The notes under the pieces were generated by a model. The model searched no databases. It saw only the letters and a program-made list of their open reading frames with translations, and was not told the origin of the DNA. DNA of 64,000 nucleotides from Leptogorgia sarmentosa. Taxonomy: Eukaryota. Location: positions 5,642,001-5,706,000 of the forward strand of contig OZ210884.1 in assembly GCA_964658305.1 (NCBI GenBank), read 5' to 3'. Within the stretch, counting starts at the first letter, position 1, and every line of letters starts with the position of its first letter. Below are positions 10,105-21,800 of this stretch, piece after piece. Position numbers and translations under genes: made by a program.

Positions 10105-13100
10105 CTATAGTTCATCTTTGTTTTCTTGAAACATATCTCCATACCCAGTGGCTCTGCTATGTTCAAGATGCTCCGGTATTGATGAAAATTCTTCATACGA
10201 CATTTTCCCGTCCTATAAAGCAAAATTGATCATTTCAATGTATTTGATCATGCAAATACTACAGTAAAATATGCGAATATTTATATATAAACAATAAATA
10301 ATCCTCGCCCTACTGTGTTTGTTCATACACATTTAAGAAAAACTCTGAAAAAATATTGCCCTTTTATAAACCCTGCACTTGGTTTTTGTGGCATAAACCC
10401 TGAATTGAATCAATCAATATACAATATTTATTTATTGCTCTCGTGTAAATAGAACGCCATCATGAATATCAATATGATTCTCGTCATAAGTGCTGACGCA
10501 TTTGCTGGCGCCTCGGTGATGGAAATGTGGCACGTTCGGATTGGCCGTTCTCGTGATAAAAAGAGATTGAAGAAGATTCAGATAATCCAAGTTTTCAGTT
10601 GAATTGATTAAGCGAGTCAGTCTTTGCTTACCTTATCCTTGTCTCCATGACTCATAATATGGTCTACTTCGTGTTTTGACGATGAAAAATCTGGAGGGAA
10701 CATCCAGTCTTTTACTTCATCCTAAAATAATTCGATAGATGACAGTAAGCCTAGCTGATTTAACAATGAATACTATCAATTAGACAGTATTGTAAGGGAT
10801 TAAAAGCTCTCTTTGTTCAAATAATGTTACAATGTATGCTCATCAGCTCATGCACTGTAGTAGCTACCAATAGGATGGGTCAAGTGATATTTTACAAGCT
10901 TAGATACTCTACATGTTAGGTGGTAAAGCCTCGAAAGACTTAGTAGAGACCTCTGCTTGAAGCAAATGGCTTCCACATATGTGAACAAGCAGCATTTAAA
11001 CAAGATAGGATAGTGTATCAAACATACCTCGACCCATAAGCCATCGACGTTTTTATCATGCTCTTTAAACTCTTTGACTTTAGCAACAAATTCATCACCT
11101 GACTTCATTTCAAGTATTCCTTCGCCTAAATTATGGTGAAATACAATTATTAGTATTAAAGGTACATCGATCACTGGATAGTTTCTAGCGAACATATATA
11201 TGTGTTCATGTTGCCATATACCAAAGTCTGTTTTTCACTTGACGAATTTTTTCGCGGGAACAAACAATAAGTGAATGTGATTGGGTGGTGATGTCGCAAG
11301 CGTTTGTCGCCAGTCAATCAAGTCGCTTTCTTCTCTATTCACGCAAATAAATTCGCCTAGTGGACGAATTCATAAATTCTCCGACGCAGTGAAATTCAAT
11401 ATGACGCACCGGGTGCACCGACTGTATTTAGCCGCAAGTATTACAAAACAAAAGTCCAATAATTTCGTACAGTATACTGTAACTTATACTGACTGTGGTT
11501 CCCAAGTTAGCGTGATCAGACTGACGTATACGCCTTACTGCTACAATTAATTATCATAACACATGTAAACTTGACTCAACTTTTCAGTAGTCTCCGATGT
11601 GAGTGATATTGTCATACCTATATAATCTTTAATGTTTAGAGCTCCATCTCCATCCAGATCCATGTTTTCAATTGTTTCCTAAAAGATGAAATAAACTTCC
11701 TGAGCCGGTTGTTTAAAACTCCAAACTACGTTTCGTAGTGAAATGGTAGTTAACTTTGAAATACGCGTTTCTGATTGGTTAACTTTCGCAGTTTATACAA
11801 CCGGCCCCTGGTGTCACAAAATTGCGCATGAACGCATAAATTTCATTGAATTGTTACAGCTATAACAAGCTGCAGGCAATTATCTGTACTGATCAAGAAC
11901 TATATTTGATATTTTGAGTTGGTGTAGCATCTCCGTGACTCGACCTTGAGGCCTGGATCCTAGCAAGACAATAAACGAAACTTACAAGTACTAAGCATTT
12001 CCTCATGTGCTTTCCTTCTTCAGGGTTGAGAAAGTAAAGAAACTCATGAATAGTCAGATGGCCGTCCTTATTTAGATCTGCGTATTCAAATCTTCTTTTT
12101 CCATGTTGATATCGTGTTGTATTTCTGAAATTCTTCGGCATTCCCGGTGTTCCTAAAATGTAAATAGTATAAATGATTTGTAGCAGTCCAGCAGGAAGCG
12201 AGAAAGTTATGGCACTTCGCACTTAAAATCTTCCGTATATTTATTCAGAACTCTTCAAACGCAGGTTCCATGCACAGCAATGATGTTTCACCAGAATTAT
12301 ATAGTGAAACCGCAATCATAAAGAAAACGTCAACTTTTTCCACTTTCAAAAATGTGAGCTACAAGCAGGTTTCGGCAAAGTGATTGTTACAACCACCATG
12401 TCACATGTTAGCACAAGTTGTGTGATTGAGTGAAGCTGTACTGTAGCGCGTATGTTGTACTGTATATAAGAAACCAATGCACAAAAAAAAAACAGAGAGC
12501 GCCCTGGAGGAACAAACTATTAATCACATGTGCAGGTGCAAAAGTTTGGGTTCATAGCAGATTAACGATGGTGGACAAGGATTAACTGTGGTAACAGGGA
12601 TCGTAGGTGAATAGCTCGAAGGCATTGAAAAGTTTCCCATGGATAGATATTTTCATCCTCGGGTACAACTGGTTCACCTATTGTGTACTATATAATCTCA
12701 TCAACGCTTAATATGTTGTTGTTACCTGGCACAAAATGTGAATCCTCGTATTCTTTGAAGGACATTTTACTGTCGTTATTAAGATCAACATCAGCAATGT
12801 AATCTACAGCGTTTTTAAGAAGATATTTCATATGATTTTCTTGAACCCATTTCTTCAGCTCTTCCTCAGTAAGGAAACCATCGTCATTTATATCAATTTT
12901 CTTGGCAATTTTTCTGAAAAACATTGATAATGCATCTTATTAAATTTAATAAATCTATATTTTTAAAATTTTTCCCAATTACTATCTACTCCATGCTTGA
13001 TACATCGTGCCGATCGCTATCTCCATCTTTGATACAACACGTAACTCCCGCGAATGCTTACTGGGGCTACAACAATAAGGCCGAATGGTGGAAAGTTTTG

Positions 13101-14558
13101 GCCTGTTTTTTACAAACATTTCCTGGAAAGCTTTCATACTACCTTTCTATACTCATCGTACTTAAAATGACCTCGCCCAGTTATTCCAAAGGAATGTTCC
13201 ATTTTGACAAGATTTTTGGCTAGATTGAATGCGTTTGATATTCTTGTGAATCTTATTTTTTTACGTGCGGTGAAGAAGATTGTGTTGGATTGGATTGGGT
13301 CTACTTTTCTATCAGTTCTCAAGCAAAGCTTGTCGAATATAACCTACACGAGGCCATTTAAGGAGCTAGTGAATCCTAACTTTCTTCCCAACGCCCTATT
13401 AAGGAAGTGGGTTGTTTCCTGTGCCCACCAATGATTTTGCAAAAAATGAGTTTCGTTAACGTTCATGATCACCTGGCGTTTTCTGCCTTGTGCTGGTGTG
13501 TACTTCCTGCTCACAATGCAATAATTATTATTGAGTGGCAATTGCAATGTGGCAAATAGAGCAATTATAATTTCTTAGATATATAAAATAACGCTGTATT
13601 TTTTGGCCTGGTTTTTATATTGAGTTCGGAAGATGATCGCTTCCCCCTACTAGACTTCCAAATTTGGTAAATTGTAACCTGTGCAAAAATTATGTAGCTA
13701 TACAATGACCTACAAGCATACACACTGTTAATGAAAATTTTGAGCGAAGGCTCTCCGCTGCATGGAAAATTCCTGACAGAGCCACAGAGGATATTTGTTC
13801 GAAGCGACATATTTCGATAGCCTTTTAATCTTTGTTTGCTAGCTATCCGAGCTACACACATAGGTATTGACGTTTCTATATAACACTTAGATTCATTTTA
13901 ATATCTTAAGCTACAGTATATTGATTGTAATCTTTCATCGTTTGACCTCATTACACCAAATTATTGACTTCATTTTACATTATAACAGTTATAACCAGAA
14001 AAGGACACGAGTTTATGCACATAGGCTACTAATATTATATGCGGATTGTATATGCATATTAACGCTTCCTGTTGAAGAATATACATGTTAAATTACAAAT
14101 TAACACATGGATCGATTATATAGTTATCCTAATTTTTGGCATGTTATTTAAAATATAGGCTATATACTTGTTAAACTCAGTTTGTGTCTAGTCATATAGG
14201 AATATAACTTAGCCTTGATCTTATGGTGGTGTAATAACAATGTATAAACATACATCGATCAAGTAGACACTATATAGATTGCAGTACTCAGCGATGGTGC
14301 CATATTGACTGTGAATACTTACAATAGTCGCTCAACTTTTTCCTCTCTTGTCAGTTCATCATAACCAGCGCCTTCCTCTTCTTCGCCAAGCAACACATTT
14401 TTTTCGTATTCCCTGTGTTCGTCTGTCTCATGCTCGTGGTCGTGTGAAATACCACCTGGCTTCAAACCACCATGGCCTCCATGGCTGTGAATTGACTGTA
14501 GACATAGAAATATCACAGCCGCCAAGCGTAACCACATCGCTTGTGTTTGTAGTCGCAT
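10105..14558 (-). CDS. CREC-family (calumenin/reticulocalbin-like) secretory-pathway EF-hand Ca2+-binding protein, 7 coding exons
   Basis: GT-AG exons in consistent phase: 14558(or 14537)-14323, 12913-12726, 12152-11986, 11678-11618, 11125-11028, 10721-10632, 10212-10105. Signal peptide, six EF loops (DINDDGFLTEEE, DLNNDSKMSFKE, DLNKDGHLTIHE, DLDGDGALNIKD, DKNVDGLWVEDE, DKDKDGKMSYEE), and C-terminus SRATGYGDMFQENKDEL*. Confidence 0.9.
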
Positions 14559-15884
14559 TTGGAGTAAATAAAACAATAAGAACGCAGGTAAAATTGGGTT
14601 TTAATGATATTGAAAATCTGGTTTGTAAGAGCTGCCCTTGACGTCCTCAAACCAAGCAGCAATATCGAAGAATACTGGATAAAACTTGCAGACAAACACA
14701 GACGAAAACGCTCTCCCACAATACGTAATGGGAAGTGAATGGCTCACGTATAGTATTTCATCAAATAAATAAGCACCAACCCGCTCTCTCAATGGAAATT
14801 ATTACTACCGGTGATTACACGATGGCTGTCGGCTTTCTTCGTTTATGTGTCTTGAATGTTGAATGAAAACTATTTTGCATCACAATGTTTATGTTATTGT
14901 TCAAATATAAAGAACGACTGTGTGTATGTAAGCTGTGGGCGGAACTGTGTGTATTTGAACATCTGTGTTGGCATTTTGGCACTTGGAAATACACCAAAAG
15001 CAGGTAATAAAATCGTGATCTGGTGTGCTGCATCCAAGCATATACATACTACATTCGCCATCCAAGTCATATCCACTGAAGTCAATCACATTTGAAACTA
15101 ATTTTACAGTTTTAACTGCCCCTTATTCTGCATATATTCAGTAAACTTATTATAGCTACTGTTGTATCGAAAACCTTAGATGAAATACTTTAATTGTTAT
15201 AAGGACCATTATCAACTGAATATGATATCCTAATATCGCCATGAATAATCTAAGGTGTTCAGCTACTGTGTTTTTTATGGATTGATTAATAATGTGAGAT
15301 AGTCCATCCGATCGAATAAACATCGCTATACAATTCGGTATAAGTGTGGATAAATTAAATTACATTAATATTTCATGATCCCATGAAGCAACGGCTGCCA
15401 CATTTGTCAATGGCAGGAGCAATTTATATACGAAAAAATCGGTTTTACAACCAATAGCAATTGCATCAGCTGAAGAAAAATCGCACAAATTGAGGATAAG
15501 AATCTGAGAGCGTTTGGATGTATGAGAATTTAGAAATCTGTTCCCTTTTGGCAATCGAATCGCGTTAAAGTACATTTCTTTGTGGAAACACATTTCTTAC
15601 GCCAAATTAAATTGAAGGGGTCTATTAATTCCCACGATAATATGACGAAACACAGTCAGGAAAATATTGAATTCACGTTTGTCAATTATTTTGCATTTTA
15701 ATTCTAATTACATGGTTAAAAAAATGAAAAAACTGATATACTTTCTACAAATTTAAATGCTTACAAATGCCTACTGTTTCTAACTTATTAAGTGACATAC
15801 GCACGAATTATGAATACTGAACACGGATCATTATTGCCGTTGGAACACAGAAACCATCTAACTATAAATCAATGTTCAGCCATA

Positions 15885-18800
15885 TTAGATCGCCGTTCCA
15901 TTTGGAACGCGCTCTGGAAGAAGATAGACGTACGGAACTTCCAGATTCTTGTTTCGTTCTTTTATTTTCTTTGAAACATCTTCCAACTTATCTTGGAAAC
16001 GGCTGATTGCGTCAAGAACTTCCCTGTCCTCCCAGGCTGTTGCACTGTAGTTGCCCAGATAGCGCTGAAAAAAAAATTAATCAACGACGCTTATTAAACA
16101 CACCACTAAGTCAACAACTTAAGTATGTACAGCCGTTCAATTCAAATACAGTATGCTTCATAAAGATCTGGTTCGAGCTTCATCGATAAGGCGTAGGCGA
16201 TTAAACTTGAATGTCTGCGAATTGTAGTAGTCAGGGAATGAAAAACAACTGGCTGTCGTTTAACCATTTCCAACTAAGCATCCTCTGCAATGTCACTGCC
16301 TTGTCACTGGATTGTAGTATTAGCAAGAAGCAGCAAAGTTGTACTCACTGTCCCAACGTTACGACGAAATTCCACGTTAGGAGCAAAGGCCCTTCGTCGG
16401 GAATCAGACTGCTTGAGGATTGTAGTATTACTCTCCTTCAGCTAGGCGTTATACAGGGTGTCCGAAGAAAAGTGACCTCTATAGGTCATCATGTGGTTTC
16501 CTTGACTTGTGCTAGTGGTAAAATATATGATATAGGCCGAGCGCTGCTTACGCCTGGAGTTTTAACAGTAAAAACACCGCCTACTCCAATTTTCATGGAC
16601 TAAGCTTGATAAGTAGGATAAAAGCCGTTTATAAAGATCATACGGCATAAATAGGAAAATGTAATTGACCAATTAATACGAGTTACCTCATCCTCAGAAT
16701 ACTTCGTCAAAATGTAGACGGTTGCAATAGCTTTGGCTGCCTGAGCTTTGCTTGGTAGAGTTGACAGAATTGACTGAAGGTTTGCTTCTCCTTTCTTTTT
16801 TGGTGGTGGCTTTCGCATGATGGCTGGAGCGTTTGGTGTGAATCCAAAATGATCTTTCTGGCTGAAATTCACTGCCGCATGTTGGCAAGAGAAGTTAAAA
16901 ATGAGTGAGGTGAGAACTTCAATAAGTTGCTCGCGGCTTTCAAAGGACGTTGGGACTCCATGATCTTTATGATCAGATTTAGCACGCCAACCATTTTTGT
17001 GCACGTCATAGATCCAGCTTTGAATCTCATCATCTCGTTTTACGTCGTCATCATTCTTGTAGAAGATCCCGATGATTTCACCAACAAATGCCTGAATGAT
17101 TTCCCACAGAGCCAGACCATCGTCTCGATAGTAATAACCTGGTAGCTTGGAAGTATCGTCAACACCGCGCTTCTTCAATGCATTCGGAAAGTTGTAGTCT
17201 TGAAGATTCACCTAAGAATGCAGAAATTTATTGAACGCGCTTTCATATTTCCAGCCTTCTTGCACGTTCGTGTAAATTAGCAAACTGACAATTCTGTGTG
17301 GACTGGGCACAAGTTTAACGTTGCGCTAAGAACGGCGTTAAGGATACCCTTCCCCTTCGGAGCACTATTTTTTGGCCTTGCATGACAAATTTCTTTGCAT
17401 GTCTGGAATTTCAAGCACATTTTGCTTCTGGTAATATTGTAACTCTTACGTTCTCCAGAGGGTGTCCCCAAAAGAATAATTATGTAGCATTCAGATTCAG
17501 GTTATATAGCTGTTAATTGAAACGAGTTATTGTAATGCATTCCACTTCCTTTTCGCTTTTGAACAATGTCGCAAACAGTTTATACCAAAGGGACATAAAG
17601 AGAAGAAGCTTAACGACATGAAACTCGGCATGTTTTGAATTTCTTCACAATAAGTTGTATCAACTAACGCACCAATTTGAATCTAAATACCACAGTATCA
17701 GTATGGCATTTTGGGGGATAAATGTCAAAAGTTAACCAAACATTGTTTTCAGAAATAATTTCACCATAATCAGTCATTATAATTAGGGTGAGTGAATTGC
17801 TTAGTGTACGTAGATAAAACGTCTAATTTTCATTTTTGAAGATGTTTACCTCTTTGAAACATTTCGCCATGAATGTGACATGACCACCTCCACCTAAAGA
17901 CAATGATTTATCCACGATTCCTCCCGATCCAATCAACTCTTTACGACCAATTGTATCGATAGCAAGGATGCCATAGACGTGAGGATACAGTAATTTAAAT
18001 ACCGGATGAGCTGAAGCAAGATTTCGCCATGTTGACAAGGCAAACGGCTCACAACATAGATGTGTCCGTAGTAAGTGAGTATTGAGCTGAAAAGAATTAA
18101 GTTCATTATTTTTACCAATTTTAAGCAAATTTAAATTATCATAAGGCAAATTTAATTTTTTTAATTATTCGGATTATACACGCTAGTTGCGATGATTAGG
18201 TGGAAATTTGTCTGACATTTGATTAACATTAATCGCTTCGTTTCGCATATAGACTGAAGAGCAGTTATAGATGTTTCTGGACATGCTCCTAACACTAAGG
18301 TGTGCCACTATAACGAGGTTATCAATTCAAAAACAATGATTTTACCTGGTGGTAATTTGATTCGGCAACACCAACCCAAAACTTCGCCAACATCCAGTCA
18401 TGTACATTCGGCTCCTGCGGTGTCCATATTGGATTTTCTGGACCAGGTTCTTGATTAATTTGAATGGCAATTGGCATAAGATGACCAACTTTATTGACAT
18501 AAAACAAGGCAAGTGGGGCAGCACAGTAACGGATGTCTGCATCATCGTTGTTTAAGTGATCAGGTACTTTATATCCCTCGTCTTCTAATATTCGTCCGCC
18601 ATAGCATTTAGCACCAACGAGTATTTTAAAATCAGCCAAGTAGATATGTCCATCCTATATAAAATATAAAATAAATGTTACCGAATCGCCTTGGATTATC
18701 TGAGAAAGTGGTGAGGCAATGAAATTTGGCATCATTGTGTGAAATAACTGTTGACTAATGTGAACTGAATGTAAATTCTATCGGATCAATGTTTGAAATA

Positions 18801-21800
18801 AACTTACCTTCATTTCTTGTTCCAAGGTCTTCCCACTATCCAAGGAGGCTTTCACATCATTATTTGTTACTGGAAAATTTTCAGGAAGGGATTCACAACG
18901 AACCAGAGCCACAGGATTTGCCCCATTTAAAAATTTGTAAGCAAACCAACGATCTTCGCTCCATCGGTCCGCCATATTGGGAGTATCACCGAGGATCCAA
19001 TTACGGTACATAATACGGTAATCATCATAATCATCCCAATCTTCGAATTCCGACAAAAACGAGCCAATGCCAAGATTAAACAGAGCTTCTTTTCTGCTTG
19101 ACTGGTAAGACCTGAGGTAATATTGAAATGTAAAATTCATAATTGGAGCAACATATAGAGAGTGACTAAAAAATCACTGGAACATATTGTTGGAACCTGG
19201 CAATTTCCGTGAGTACATTTCACCATTTTGCCTTTTTGAAGAACTGATACGGCAAAGTTAAAAGTTGTGCAGAGTACAGCGGAAAATACATTTTCACTCG
19301 TATAGGAAATTAAATCAGATCGATTGAGATAGTTAGTTCACATGATGTAAACTAAGATTTTTGACTGGACAATATAAATTTGAGGTATAAGAATTAATTT
19401 CATAACTGATTAATTTCACAACGACGATGATACAGTTGCAACAGTAGGCAACGAAATTAAACATACTTAGTTTTCTCGTCAGTAAATTGAACATCGCGTG
19501 GGAGATCGCTATGAGCTTTTGCATTGATATTTCCTGGCATGTCGTCTGACACATAGTCCCACTGATATGTCGCCTTTCTCTGCTTCAGTTCTTTCTGCCG
19601 CTGTTCACTAACTATCGCTGGCATTTCATAAAATGATAGGGTTGCTAGACATGAAGAAATGAAAAAATAATTAAATTATATTAAATTCACAGCCTATATG
19701 ACCCGTAAAGCAAAATATATAGCAGCTAATTTCGTGGGACATGAACGCATGCTCAATTTATAACAGCAATTCTATACAATACTATTCCTATACAATGGCA
19801 ATTTTTTTCTATCGTTATCTTTATCACGTGCCATATTTACATATCATGCATATCATATCCGTGTTAGTACTGAGTATTCGGCTGTCGCCGGTTTATGCGC
19901 TAACCAAGGCTTGCAAGACGTTTCAGTTATATATAGAATCAATGTCTAGGCTTTACCTTCACCAGGGAACAATACCATATCCTTGATTATCCATTGAAAA
20001 CATGGGAATGAATATACGCGGCCTTGAGTTGAGCTTAATACAGTTACCTAGGTTCAAATTTTAAACATTTAGTGCGCTATTTATAAATTATCATTAATAA
20101 AGGTGTAACCTACTCATTGCGTAATGTATAAGCTTAAGAAAAAAATGGTACATAAATTTAATGGTTTTAATTTCATTACTTTAATATCCTTTCGGAGTGT
20201 TTGGGAAGTGAAAATCCAACCTCGTTCCCAGGGTCTTGATGAAGACCCTGGGAACGAGGTTGGCGAAAATCTTTACTTTGGGGAATAAAGCCGGTTTTCC
20301 ACTTGCGAATTTTGTCCCGCAAGGGATTTTGATTTTGATTTTTTTCGAATGATTCCTACTCGTTCGTACCCGGCGAAAAAAGTCGCAACCTAAATAGATT
20401 TCAAAGCTGCTATCCAGTGATATATTCGATGTATTCAAAATCTTTCCTTAATAATACTTTGTACGTCGATTTTTAAGGTCGTCCGAGCAATCTTAGCAAG
20501 TTATTTCGGATAAACACGAGTCAACTGCGGTTCAGGGCCGCCATTTTGTTTCTGTAGCTTCCCGCGCGTAGCTATATAGGAAACAAACACCTATTCGTCA
20601 TTCAAGAAAAAGTCCGCCTCGCGCAACAAAATTCGCAAGTGGAAAAACGGCGTAAGAGGGAAGAATCGAACCTATGTATTCTTCAACGGTAATTTACCTT
20701 GTTCACAAACCAGTCTGGATCGCCAGACCAATATCCTCCTCCATCAGAATGAAGCTCAATAAGATGAATATCTCCAACGTCGAAAGCTTCCACTTTATAG
20801 TGCTCTTTACTTCCAGCTTCAAAATCATTATGGAACCATTTGTCGAGCGTTAGGTAATCTGTACGGCCTTTTGCACCTGAGAATTAAATAACGGAAAATA
20901 TACTTGTCCGTTATAATGTTATAATGTTGAATTACTGTTTATATGTACTGTACCTGTGATTCTGATGGTGATAGTTGCATCTGTCCCAGCATGCTCTCTG
21001 CTACCAGTTTCAACCCCAATATCATAAATAGCGTTTTTTGCAGCAGGGATTATGGAACCGAATTTCAACTTGCGAATATTTTGCACCCAAGAATATACTG
21101 CAGCACGTGTTTCCCCAAGGCTGTTGTAATCTTCAGGTGACGTAGCTTCAAGTAAGCCCAAGGATTCTGGTTGATTGATAACGTTGAAACCAGTTCTGAT
21201 AAAATAGAATTGTGCATGATCGCTGTTGAATTTCTTACCTCACATATTAAAACGAATTAATGTCGATTGCAGTGGAGCACAATTTTATTGGTAGCTCGAA
21301 ATCCATGACAGTTTTGTAGCAATTTGATATTTTTCCGCAATTTCAACTAAATAATTACTGTCAGCTCATTAACAAAATTTCTAAATTTCGCACCTTTCTG
21401 TAACATCTGGGGAAAGATGAGTCTTGATTGAGACTGTGGCCAGGTCAAACCAAGGATGTGTCTCCTTGTCCCACAAAATACCAGCATGAAAGATGGTTGC
21501 GGTGTCACTTGGGGATGCTTCATGAATTTGAATTTGCAAGCGGTAATTTATTGGACCTTTTTCCAGACGATTGACATACTCCTGTCGCAAGTAGTCCTTG
21601 GGTCGTTTCTCACTTTCATGCCGTTCAAGAATCCTGGAGAAAGCATAAGATAAACGAACAAGTGAACTAAATGGCGGGCATATGTTAGATAATACTCCAA
21701 AGAAACGCTAGGACTTGGCGTAATAAGCGTGATTACGTTAATTCGGCTACACAAACGCTACATTACCGTATTATAAAAAGGCAAATTATAACGTATTATA

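Noticed and set aside
10434..10610. Open minus-strand stretch that could be an alternative last exon of the CREC gene
   Set aside because: Read-through from the previous exon hits TGA at once, there is no EF-hand or retention motif, and the KDEL exon at 10212-10105 completes the protein.
16452..16480. TACAGGGTGTCC Tc1/mariner-like ends (also near 17457 and 44808)
   Set aside because: Only single ends were seen, with no matching partner TIR or transposase.
16211..16603. 130-aa plus-strand ORF inside the last intron of copy B
   Set aside because: No motifs, overlaps repeat-like sequence, and has no counterpart in copy A.
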